Shown piece after piece: positions 34,666-42,624 of a stretch of 64,000 nt of DNA. Location: NCBI GenBank assembly GCA_965231105.1, contig OZ246417.1:384908-448907 (forward strand). The letters are read 5' to 3'. The notes under the pieces are model-generated. The model worked only from the letters and a program-made list of their open reading frames with translations. It was not told the origin of the DNA and made no database searches. This stretch comes from an uncultured Candidatus Saccharibacteria bacterium. Its GTDB lineage: Bacteria > Patescibacteriota > Saccharimonadia > Saccharimonadales > JACDBH01. The first letter of the stretch is position 1. Each line of letters begins with the position of its first letter. A program made the translations under genes and the position numbers.

Positions 34666-35472
34666 ATGCTCATGAAACACACTAATACATGGATTATTCC
34701 CGCCAATCCAAATATTTATGATCATCCCAGTGCATTCGCAAAGTATGGAATTATAACTTGGGCACTTAAGATAAATGTAGACGTAGGCGACACCATCTAT
34801 GTCCGTGTTAGCGGGCCCGGTGCTCATACCCTGTATAAATGTATTGCAGTAAAAGTAGGCGTCCCGAGAACAGATATGGTTGGGGCCGAATTTTGGAACG
34901 AACCATTTGAATACGATGAAGAAAGGCAGTATGTCGATCTAAAACTTCTCGATACAACAGAAGACGTAGGAGTTAGTTTTAAAGAGCTGCAGCAGCATGG
35001 CCTGAACGGGTCACACCAAGCAGCGCATCACTTAATAGATCCTCTCAAGGCATACATCGAATCATTTTTTCGGACTACCAATGGTCAGAAAATCGAGGAG
35101 ATTGCGGACAGCATCGCCACCGAAGATGATTTACAAAATATTACCAGTGCACTCAAGGCTCTATCTAGTCAGTTGCCACCTAAAAGAATTGCACTTATAG
35201 CTCAGAAAATTGCCAGGAATCCAAAAACAGCTCGCTTAGTTAAAGAAAGTAAACAGTACGTTTGTGAGATCTGTAACCGTAAACCCTTCATACAAAAGAA
35301 CGGCAAGCCATATGCAGAAGCAGATCATATAGAACAACTTGGTGGTGAGACAAGAGGCCTCGACACCCCAGAAAACATACGCTGTCTTTGCGCCCAGTGC
35401 CATGCTATAGTCACCTATGGATCACAGGAAGTTATTAACAAGCTACTAAGCTCAACCAAATGGCGATCGTAA
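34666..35472 (+). CDS. PUA-like (EVE/ASCH-type) N-terminal domain fused to HNH nuclease; candidate modification-dependent (type IV) restriction enzyme
   Basis: 268 aa; the likely true start is ATG 34672. The N-terminus WIIPANPNIYDH...WALKINVDVGDTIYVRVSGPG..LYKCIAVKV resembles PUA-fold reader domains. The C-terminus CEICNRKPF...AEADHIEQL...NIRCLCAQCHAIV is an HNH motif. Confidence 0.65.
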   Translation: MLMKHTNTWIIPANPNIYDHPSAFAKYGIITWALKINVDVGDTIYVRVSGPGAHTLYKCIAVKVGVPRTDMVGAEFWNEPFEYDEERQYVDLKLLDTTEDVGVSFKELQQHGLNGSHQAAHHLIDPLKAYIESFFRTTNGQKIEEIADSIATEDDLQNITSALKALSSQLPPKRIALIAQKIARNPKTARLVKESKQYVCEICNRKPFIQKNGKPYAEADHIEQLGGETRGLDTPENIRCLCAQCHAIVTYGSQEVINKLLSSTKWRS

Positions 35473-35476
35473 AACC

Positions 35477-35908
35477 ATGAATGAAATGCAGTTCACCATT
35501 GATATACACGCCACTAAAGAAAAGGTCTGGGATACACTGTGGCAAGATGCAACCTTGCGCGAATGGGCAGGTCTTATTGACCCGGGAACATACATGACTG
35601 GCGAGCTAAAAGAAGGCAATGAAGTACAGTTTATTTCTGCTGAAAACGGGTATGGCGTAACGAGTTTAGTTGAAAAGGTCGTCCCGGGAGAATTCTTATT
35701 GCTCAGACACCAGGCAGACACGCAAGATAGCGGAGAACAAGAACGTGAAAAGCAATGGACGGGTGGCAAGGAAAGCTACACGCTTGAAGAGAAAGACGGG
35801 GTTACTACCCTCACGGCTGCATTTGATGTTCCTCCAGAATTAGAGGCATATTTTAAGGACGCCTACCCTAAAGCCTTAGCAAAAGTTAAAGCACTGGCTG
35901 AGTCTTAA
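35477..35908 (+). CDS. SRPBCC-superfamily protein
   Basis: 143 aa. FTIDIHATKEKVWDTLW...REWAG is typical of the AHSA1/START-like fold. Confidence 0.65.
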   Translation: MNEMQFTIDIHATKEKVWDTLWQDATLREWAGLIDPGTYMTGELKEGNEVQFISAENGYGVTSLVEKVVPGEFLLLRHQADTQDSGEQEREKQWTGGKESYTLEEKDGVTTLTAAFDVPPELEAYFKDAYPKALAKVKALAES

Positions 35909-35915
35909 ATCTACT

Positions 35916-36350
35916 ATGGCAACAGAAAATAAAACCCAGGAAACAGACAACTCCGTTTCGGACTTTATTAACTCGCTTAATAACGAGCAGGTGACGAGCG
36001 ACTGTTTAGAGCTTATTGAGATGATGAGCAAGATAAGCGGGCATGAACCAAAAATGTGGGGTCCTAGTATTATCGGCTTTGATACATATCACTACAAATA
36101 TGAGAGTGGTCGTGAAGGTGATGCACCGGTAATCGCCTTTTCGCCCAGAAAAAACAATATTACCGTCTATGTAGATGAAACCGCCCGATTCCCAGAATTT
36201 TTAGCAAAGCTTGGGAAACATACAACGGGTAAGGTTTGTGTTTACTTCAAGCATTTAAGTGATATTGATACGTCTGTACTTTCACAGCTCATAGAAAAGT
36301 CTTACAGCTATACCAAATCCCTGAATACCAGCGAATACAGATCGCAGTAA
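35916..36350 (+). CDS. DUF1801 / YdhG-like protein
   Basis: 144 aa. VSDFINSL...PKMWGPSIIGFDTYHYKYESGREGD...FSPRKNNITVYV identifies it as a paralog of 3139-3558. Confidence 0.75.
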   Translation: MATENKTQETDNSVSDFINSLNNEQVTSDCLELIEMMSKISGHEPKMWGPSIIGFDTYHYKYESGREGDAPVIAFSPRKNNITVYVDETARFPEFLAKLGKHTTGKVCVYFKHLSDIDTSVLSQLIEKSYSYTKSLNTSEYRSQ

Positions 36351-36378
36351 AGTAAATCACTGCCTTTTTTACTCAGTT

Positions 36379-36387
36379 TGGTACTAT
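36379..36387 (+). promoter_or_regulatory. extended -10 promoter (TGgTACTAT), leaderless geometry
   Basis: TGGTACTAT ends 6 nt before ATG 36394 and there is no SD. Confidence 0.5.
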
Positions 36388-36393
36388 GAAACT

Positions 36394-36987
36394 ATGAGAA
36401 AGATAATTGTCTTATCGTTTATTACCCTAGATGGTGTAATGCAAGCACCGGGCGGACCGGACGAAGATTCTTCCGGTGGGTTTAAATATGGGGGTTGGGT
36501 CGCACCATATTTTGATGAAGCTTCTGGCAAAGTCATGGAAAAGCAGATGAAACCTGCAGATCTTCTGCTCGGGAGAAAGACGTTTGATATTTTTGCTTCA
36601 TATTGGCCTGAGCACTCAGACAGCTGGCCAGGTATTAATGATGTCACGAAATACGTCTTAAGCAATACAAAGAAAAAGTCAGATTGGAAAAATTCAGTCT
36701 TTCTTACAAGTGCAGCGGATATCGAAAAACTCAAAAAATCAGAAGGTCCAGATCTTCAAGTACATGGCAGCGGCCAGCTTACCCAGTTGCTTCTCGAACA
36801 TGATTTAGTAGATGAACTGTGGCTCAAGTTTTTCCCATTAACGCTCGGCTCAGGAAAAAAGCTGTTTGAAAGCGGAACGATCCCGGCAGCATTTACCCTT
36901 ATCGAAACTGTAACCACGCCAAGCGGAGTAATCTTTGCTAATTATAAGAGAGCTGGAAAAGTCGAAACAGGCACTGTCGGAGCTTAA
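36394..36987 (+). CDS. dihydrofolate reductase-like protein (RibD C-terminal domain family)
   Basis: 197 aa. MRKIIVLSFITLDGVMQAPGGPDED...LLLGRKTFDIFASYWPE...LQVHGSGQLTQ is typical of the YwjB/RibD_C family. Confidence 0.8.
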   Translation: MRKIIVLSFITLDGVMQAPGGPDEDSSGGFKYGGWVAPYFDEASGKVMEKQMKPADLLLGRKTFDIFASYWPEHSDSWPGINDVTKYVLSNTKKKSDWKNSVFLTSAADIEKLKKSEGPDLQVHGSGQLTQLLLEHDLVDELWLKFFPLTLGSGKKLFESGTIPAAFTLIETVTTPSGVIFANYKRAGKVETGTVGA

Positions 36988-37040
36988 GTAGCAAAGCGCT
37001 TAACCTTGCAATTACATGCAGTCTGTAAGAGCATTGGTTG

Positions 37041-37871
37041 ATGATTTTAATAGAAACCGGTAAATACAGATTTTTTGTAGGTGATAATGTGCATTATCGC
37101 CAAGCGCCTACCGAATGGCTTTCTGAGCAAGCTGGTACGGCTGAAGATCTGTCAATGCGTAGGTATGCTGCAGCTGGTTTGATGAGAGCGCTGCTTGATA
37201 CTTCCATAGAAAGCCGTGATGGGGCACCATTCCCCGCCTCGATTGAGTGGGTGCAAGATGTAATCCTCGATGTACAAGCAGGTGCACCTACTATTTCTCC
37301 AGCACCCAAAGACGTAGAAGAATATGTGTACCACTTACCGCCGGTTAATGGAGTATTTGACGCTACATCCGTAACAGCAACCGAGGCTAATAAGCCAGAT
37401 ATTACCGCAGCTATTATTAATAAACATATTTCCAAAACCGACCCCAAGCTCGTCATTGCGCTGGGACATGGCGGCATATTATCGACCCTTGCCACCTTTT
37501 CAGCTCTATCCGGCGACAACGTCTTCTATCCCCTGCGGTATAGCCGGAACAAGGCGAAAGATGACATGCCAGTTATTGCAGATAGTGAAAGAGAACTGCT
37601 TCAGAAACTAGCAAAGGACAGAGAAGTTATAGTACACGACGAAGACAGAGGCCTAACCGGAGACACCATTAGAACAGCAGTAAGTTATATAGACAAAGCA
37701 TTCAATGTATCTTCCTTTGGTGTAACTCCAGTTCTTGCCCGACATCCTGGCTGTATGTGGCCCGAAATCATACGAAAGGCTCCGGATGGACGCAGTTTTA
37801 TGACTGACACCTACTCTTCAGGAACTCAGAAGTTTCAAGCCATTGTTGATGAATTAGCAGACAAAGCTTAG
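37041..37871 (+). CDS. hypothetical protein, possible phosphoribosyltransferase-like fold
   Basis: 276 aa. LVIALGHGGILSTLA and REVIVHDEDRGLTGDTIRTA resemble type-I PRTase loops. The evidence is weak. Confidence 0.4.
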   Translation: MILIETGKYRFFVGDNVHYRQAPTEWLSEQAGTAEDLSMRRYAAAGLMRALLDTSIESRDGAPFPASIEWVQDVILDVQAGAPTISPAPKDVEEYVYHLPPVNGVFDATSVTATEANKPDITAAIINKHISKTDPKLVIALGHGGILSTLATFSALSGDNVFYPLRYSRNKAKDDMPVIADSERELLQKLAKDREVIVHDEDRGLTGDTIRTAVSYIDKAFNVSSFGVTPVLARHPGCMWPEIIRKAPDGRSFMTDTYSSGTQKFQAIVDELADKA

Positions 37872-37887
37872 TCTGTAATTCAATACT

Positions 37888-37910
37888 TATTTATTGTTTT
37901 ACAATAAATA
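37888..37910. repeat. perfect 10-bp inverted repeat (hairpin/operator candidate)
   Basis: TATTTATTGT-TTT-ACAATAAATA lies between gene 37041-37871 and the DUF2975/HTH pair. Confidence 0.6.
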
Positions 37911-37955
37911 GTGTGCTAGAATTGTGCCAAACAATAATTTTTGAAAGGTTTATAG

Positions 37956-38438
37956 ATGAAACGACTATCAATACTTTTCTTAAGACTGGCCCTCTTAGCA
38001 CTTGGCACCATAGCACTTGCTGTATGTATTTTTGCCCTACCTCCAACATGGCAAGCCGTTGCTAAAGAGTACCCCAACCATACCTATGTGTTCTACACAA
38101 TTATTCTTGGACTTTACGCGGCAGCCATAGTTTTCTTTGCCGCTCTCTACCAGACCTACAGACTTCTTAACTATATAGATGACGGCAAAGCCTTCTCGAA
38201 ATTATCTGTTAAAGCCTTAAAACGCATTGCCTACTGCGGCGTTGCAATCGGTACGGTATTCACTGCCCTTCTACCCTTTTTCTACATTTGGGCACAAAAC
38301 GATGATGCCCCCGGATTAATCCTTATCGATGCGATGCTCGTGGGTGCTTCGTTAACAGTGAGTGTCTTTGCTGCCGTATTACAGCGACTACTTTCAGATG
38401 CCATTGATTTAAAGTCCGAAAACGACTTAACGGTATAG
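37956..38438 (+). CDS. DUF2975-like 4-TM membrane protein
   Basis: 160 aa with four hydrophobic spans. It sits immediately upstream of a YozG-type HTH gene, which is a recurrent pairing. Confidence 0.6.
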   Translation: MKRLSILFLRLALLALGTIALAVCIFALPPTWQAVAKEYPNHTYVFYTIILGLYAAAIVFFAALYQTYRLLNYIDDGKAFSKLSVKALKRIAYCGVAIGTVFTALLPFFYIWAQNDDAPGLILIDAMLVGASLTVSVFAAVLQRLLSDAIDLKSENDLTV

Positions 38439-38446
38439 GATTTAAT

Positions 38447-38659
38447 ATGGCAATTATTATTAACATCGATGTTATGCTGGCCAAACGCAAAATGAGCGTA
38501 ACTGAATTATCCGAAAAAGTCGGCATCACCATGGCCAATCTTTCCATTCTTAAGAACGGGAAAGCAAAAGCCGTACGGCTGTCTACATTAGAAGCAATTT
38601 GCAAGGCATTAGATTGCCAGCCGGGCGATATCTTAGAATACAGAAGCGATAGGGCTTAG
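38447..38659 (+). CDS. XRE-family HTH regulator (YozG-like)
   Basis: 70 aa. NIDVMLAKRKMSVTELSEKVGITMANLSILKNGKAKAVRLSTLEAICKALDCQPGDILEY. Confidence 0.85.
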   Translation: MAIIINIDVMLAKRKMSVTELSEKVGITMANLSILKNGKAKAVRLSTLEAICKALDCQPGDILEYRSDRA

Positions 38660-39028
38660 CTAGGCCATCGAGTTAAGGCGGTTAGCCAAGTTCTGGAACT
38701 CATAGACCTGACCGTCTAGGCCGTGTACCCGCTGGTCAAGATCTCTTACCTTCTCATCTGCTTCTTTCTGAATTCTCGACATCTCGTTCTGCAAATGCTG
38801 AAGTTCTGCGGCATCAAGCAGCCGACGCCCAGACTCATTCATATGGGCTCTCATGTCTCGCTGCACCACTGCCATCTTCTGCCTCAGTTCATTCGTCTTA
38901 GCCGCTGTCTGCTGCTTTACGCTATCAATAGAACGTCGTAGCTCTTCCTGAAGCGTCCGAACATCCTGCGAAGCTTGTATAAGGTTACTCGCTGCGTTCT
39001 GTAAATGCGTATTACTCATACGCTTCAT
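38660..39028 (-). CDS. hypothetical coiled-coil protein
   Basis: 122 aa, Q/E/R-rich with heptad-like character. No family recognised. Confidence 0.5.
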   Translation of the reverse strand: MKRMSNTHLQNAASNLIQASQDVRTLQEELRRSIDSVKQQTAAKTNELRQKMAVVQRDMRAHMNESGRRLLDAAELQHLQNEMSRIQKEADEKVRDLDQRVHGLDGQVYEFQNLANRLNSMA

Positions 39029-39074
39029 TCTAAGCGAAGCTTTATTTGTAGTAAGTTAAAAACCTAACAATCTG

Positions 39075-39392
39075 TTATTTCTTTTTCGCAAATCTACCCT
39101 TATCCCGTGTTTCCAGCTTAGCTATTGCTTTCTTGAGTGGTTCATCAAGCTGTATGTTTTGGCTATTTGCTAAACAAAGTACCGTATAGACAACATCGGC
39201 AAGCTCATCGCCCAAGTCTTCGTGCTCTTCGGTTGGTTTTTTTGGCTTATCACCGAACTGGTGATTAAGTATCCGAGACACCTCTCCGACCTCTTCGCTT
39301 AAGCGAGCCAGCTGGCTTAAAGGGTGCCAGTATGGCTTCTCGTAGTTCTGTAGCATGTCATCGATTTGTTTTTGGTAAGCTTGTAGACTCAT
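39075..39392 (-). CDS. MazG-like nucleotide pyrophosphohydrolase
   Basis: The start was set at the ATG preceded by GAGGAG (MSLQAYQKQ...). LSEEVGEVSRIL...LGDELADVVYTVLCLAN is the MazG EExxE/D motif. Confidence 0.8.
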   Translation of the reverse strand: MSLQAYQKQIDDMLQNYEKPYWHPLSQLARLSEEVGEVSRILNHQFGDKPKKPTEEHEDLGDELADVVYTVLCLANSQNIQLDEPLKKAIAKLETRDKGRFAKKK

Positions 39393-39443
39393 TGGTAATT
39401 TCTCCTCATATAAAAAGTATTGTACGATAGTCTTGTCCATTAC

Positions 39444-39472
39444 TTGCGAAAACAGAGTAAAAACAGTAAAAT
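39444..39472 (+). promoter_or_regulatory. sigma70-like promoter of the tRNA-Leu/tRNA-Val pair
   Basis: TTGCGA-17 nt-TAAAAT, 16 nt upstream of tRNA-Leu. Confidence 0.55.
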
Positions 39473-39488
39473 GTCACCTGTTCTACTA

Positions 39489-39573
39489 GCGCGGATGGCG
39501 GAATTGGTAGACGCGCTACTTTGAGGTGGTAGTGGGGCAACCCGTGGAGGTTCAAGTCCTCTTTCGCGCACCA
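39489..39573 (+). tRNA. tRNA-Leu (anticodon GAG)
   Basis: Acceptor GCGCGGA/TTCGCGC, anticodon arm CTACT-TTGAGGT-GGTAG, long variable arm, T-loop TTCAAGT, encoded CCA. Confidence 0.88.
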
Positions 39574-39574
39574 A

Positions 39575-39651
39575 GGGTGATTAGCTCAGTTGGCTAGAGC
39601 ATCTCGTTTACACCGAGAGGGTCGGGGGTTCGAGTCCCTCATCACCCACCA
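39575..39651 (+). tRNA. tRNA-Val (anticodon UAC)
   Basis: Acceptor GGGTGAT/ATCACCC, anticodon arm TCTCG-TTTACAC-CGAGA, T-loop TTCGAGT, encoded CCA. It begins 1 nt after tRNA-Leu. Confidence 0.9.
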
Positions 39652-39701
39652 GAAAAAGGTCCTGACAATGTTCGGGACTTTTTATTTTTACTAAATATCA
39701 C

Positions 39702-40007
39702 TTATGAATTAAGGGCCGACTCTCTAGCCTTCTGGATAGCATGACGCAGATGCCGCAATGGATCACGCGCTACTAATAATGCTTCACGACTTCCATCATC
39801 CATAATGATAGTAACGCGGGCAGCGTGCTCGCCTAAGTTTTCGACCTTCTCGATCCAATCCGGGGTATCAGGCCGCGCTTTATCTTCAACACTTTCAGAA
39901 GGCTCACCTACCGAGTGGATCAGCTCCTGTCCTGCCGCGAAAGCACCTTCTACAGCTGTTGGATCAGGTTCCGGCATAGTTGACTGTGAAAAAGATTCGC
40001 CTTGCAT
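39702..40007 (-). CDS. hypothetical acidic protein
   Basis: 101-aa ORF downstream of the FAD oxidase gene on the same strand. No family recognised. Confidence 0.45.
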   Translation of the reverse strand: MQGESFSQSTMPEPDPTAVEGAFAAGQELIHSVGEPSESVEDKARPDTPDWIEKVENLGEHAARVTIIMDDGSREALLVARDPLRHLRHAIQKARESALNS

Positions 40008-40031
40008 AGGGGCAGTATAGCACGCAATCTG

Positions 40032-41669
40032 TTAGGTTCGAGGCATATGATCGTAGAGATGCTTCATCGAATATTCTTGGCGAAGCATGCCCTTTATTTC
40101 ATCGAGCGTCACGTCCATCTTAACCCCGGGGTTCATAGTTGCATGTGGGTCAAAGATCTTTTTAACCTGCTGGAATAAGGTATAGATTTCTTCTCCGTAT
40201 AACTGGCGCAGGTATGGGCCGCGTAAGCGTCCATCGCCATGTTCGCCGGTTGTGCTCCCACCAAGACTAATCACCAACTGATGATATTCATCCATAATTC
40301 TAAATAGCTTTTGTCTATCTCCTAGTTGGGAAAGATCAAGGAATGGCTGCATATGAAGGTTTGCGTTGCCGGCATGCCCCCAGAGAGCGGCCTGCAAGTG
40401 ATAGCGCTCAAAGATGGCATATACACCTTCGAGGTATTCACCGAACTTATCAACGGGTACAATACCATCCTCAATAATTGGTAGAGCCTTTGAATTATTA
40501 TCTGCATAGGCAGTTACACTTGCAGCGGAGTGACGGATCTTCCATAGATGATCTTGCTGCTCTGGATCTGTCTCGATGATTGCCGTGCCACCATATTCAT
40601 CTACGATCTTCTTGGTCTTCTTCGCCATTCGCTTCTGAACGCGACTATTAAAGTTATCGAACTCAACCAAAAGAATGATCTTGGCAAATGGTTTTTCAAG
40701 CAGACCTTTCAGTTGGTTCGGGTTATGCGAGTCGATGAACTGGAGTAGATTGCCATCTACCATTTCAAGCGCACTTGGCGTGTCTGGCAGATCTCTGAGT
40801 TCTTTCACTGCTTTTGCAGCCCGTTCGAGATCGTTAAATGAAGCGACAATAAGGGTCGTGGTTGGGTTATATGCTTCAGTCTCAACCACCGCTTCGGTGA
40901 TAATACCGAGCGTTCCTTGAGCGCCTACAAACAATGGCGTGAGATCAAAGGAACCGTCCTTTTGCTTCACTTCAGATAGTGCATAGCCGGCTGCATTTTT
41001 AGACACATCCAGTTTTGTCTTCTTAATAAGATCCTTGTTCTCTTCAATTAAGGTATCAAGCTGGCGATATACTTCGCCCTCAAAACTACTTAAGCCCATT
41101 TTCTTACTGAGCTCGCGTTTGTTTATCCTGCGCGTTTCAATAACTTCACCGTTTGCCAGGACTACACGAAGACTCCGCACAAACTCGCGGGTTGGACCAT
41201 ATTTAATGCTCTTCTCGCCGGCTGCATTGTTGCCAATAGCACCACCGATTGTTGAGTACTCAATAGAAGCAGGAAATGGCGGCAAGAACCGTCCGTGGGT
41301 CTGAAGTGTCTGTTGCAACTTGCCGTAGTTGAGACCAGGCTGCAAAGCAACGGTGCCCGTTTTTGGATCAAGTTCAAGAATCTTATTCATGTGGGCAGGA
41401 AAGGCCATAACAATACCGCTGCCAATTGCTGCACCAGACTGATCGGTACCGGCACCACGCGCGGTCATAGGGATCGTGCGACCACGTTCAGCAAGCTGCC
41501 AGGTAAACCGAGCGGTTTTACGGACATCATTTTCATTATGCGGATAGACAATAATGGCAGGTGTAAGGGTGAGCACACTGGTATCGGTCGCAAAGTATCT
41601 ACGAGCATCTGCGGAGGTCATTACTTCACCAACCAAATGTTCCTGTAGATAATGTGCAACCTTGCTCAT
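40032..41669 (-). CDS. FAD-linked oxidase (GlcD / D-lactate dehydrogenase-like)
   Basis: 545 aa with an FAD_binding_4-type N-terminus (IIVYPHNENDV...ARGAGTDQSGAAIG) and the C-terminal FAD-oxidase motif GGSTTGEHGDGRLRG. Confidence 0.85.
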   Translation of the reverse strand: MSKVAHYLQEHLVGEVMTSADARRYFATDTSVLTLTPAIIVYPHNENDVRKTARFTWQLAERGRTIPMTARGAGTDQSGAAIGSGIVMAFPAHMNKILELDPKTGTVALQPGLNYGKLQQTLQTHGRFLPPFPASIEYSTIGGAIGNNAAGEKSIKYGPTREFVRSLRVVLANGEVIETRRINKRELSKKMGLSSFEGEVYRQLDTLIEENKDLIKKTKLDVSKNAAGYALSEVKQKDGSFDLTPLFVGAQGTLGIITEAVVETEAYNPTTTLIVASFNDLERAAKAVKELRDLPDTPSALEMVDGNLLQFIDSHNPNQLKGLLEKPFAKIILLVEFDNFNSRVQKRMAKKTKKIVDEYGGTAIIETDPEQQDHLWKIRHSAASVTAYADNNSKALPIIEDGIVPVDKFGEYLEGVYAIFERYHLQAALWGHAGNANLHMQPFLDLSQLGDRQKLFRIMDEYHQLVISLGGSTTGEHGDGRLRGPYLRQLYGEEIYTLFQQVKKIFDPHATMNPGVKMDVTLDEIKGMLRQEYSMKHLYDHMPRT

Positions 41670-41802
41670 GTAAAGATAGTACCCTCGTAATTAGAAACTG
41701 AGTTGTTCAAATGCAATCATAGCATAAACACTCTATATGAAGCAGCTATTTTATTTGTTTATTCTTACGCAATGCTGATACAATTACCCCTGTTATTGAC
41801 AC

Positions 41803-41888
41803 GCCGCGGTGGTGAAATGGTATACACGCTAGTTTCAGGTACTAGTGGGAGCAATCCTGTGGAGGTTCAAGTCCTCTCCGCGGCACCA
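41803..41888 (+). tRNA. tRNA-Leu (anticodon CAG)
   Basis: Acceptor GCCGCGG/CCGCGGC, anticodon arm CTAGT-TTCAGGT-ACTAG, long variable arm, T-loop TTCAAGT, encoded CCA. TGATACAAT extended -10 lies at 41774-41782. Confidence 0.9.
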
Positions 41889-41959
41889 GTAAGAAACTAT
41901 GAGATATTTAGTTCCGCATATATTTGCGCATTAGTAGTTTTTATATTAAAATATAAAAT

Positions 41960-42397
41960 ATGAATACAGACCCGGGTCTTTTTAGAGTTGAAGCCAAGGA
42001 GAGACTCGAAGTCGAACTTGCCGAGAAAGCAAAGCTTATAATCGATACCGACCTTCCTGAAGCGCTCACAAATTTAACAGATTTGGTCGGAGGCTATGCA
42101 AATCATTTATCCTTGGGTATGGAATCTGCTGGCTTCCCTGAAAATGAGGCTCAAGTACAGGGATGGCAGACTGCGTGGGATAAATTACGCGCTGTACTCG
42201 ATAGCGAAACACCCTACACAATTGAAGTGGCAACATACGTTGAAAGAAATTTAGGCATGATCGCTTCAACTTCTACCTTTGATGATTATGGTACGCCCCA
42301 AGATCCGATTACAAAAACGTTTTACCGTGCTTTTGTTGATCGGATCGATCATCCTGCTGTGCATCCAACCGCAGCTTGGCTCTTTGAACGCGACTAA
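41960..42397 (+). CDS. hypothetical protein
   Basis: 145-aa ORF with no hydrophobic segment. No family recognised. Confidence 0.5.
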   Translation: MNTDPGLFRVEAKERLEVELAEKAKLIIDTDLPEALTNLTDLVGGYANHLSLGMESAGFPENEAQVQGWQTAWDKLRAVLDSETPYTIEVATYVERNLGMIASTSTFDDYGTPQDPITKTFYRAFVDRIDHPAVHPTAAWLFERD

Positions 42398-42402
42398 ACA
42401 AA

Positions 42403-42624
42403 TTATTTCTTACGAATAAAGTAGACTGTTAAGTAGATCAGCCACAGAGCAAAAGGGATACTGAACCAGAGACTATAGACTGGCCCAATTATTTCGTATG
42501 GGCTGCTGCCTGCTGGCTCACCCCATGTAGAAAGCCCGCCAAAGAACATTGCACCAGCAACACTTCCTAAGGTAAATAGCCCGAGCAGCACACACATAAT
42601 ACGGTGAGCTGTCTTTGATCTCAT
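42403..42624 (-). CDS. small 2-TM membrane protein
   Basis: 73 aa with two hydrophobic spans. Its start codon abuts the stop of the SBP gene. Confidence 0.5.
   Translation of the reverse strand: MRSKTAHRIMCVLLGLFTLGSVAGAMFFGGLSTWGEPAGSSPYEIIGPVYSLWFSIPFALWLIYLTVYFIRKK

Noticed and set aside
41703-41963. 86-aa plus-strand ORF in the track
   Set aside because: It runs straight through tRNA-Leu(CAG) (41803-41888) and its promoter, so it is a by-product of the tRNA sequence.
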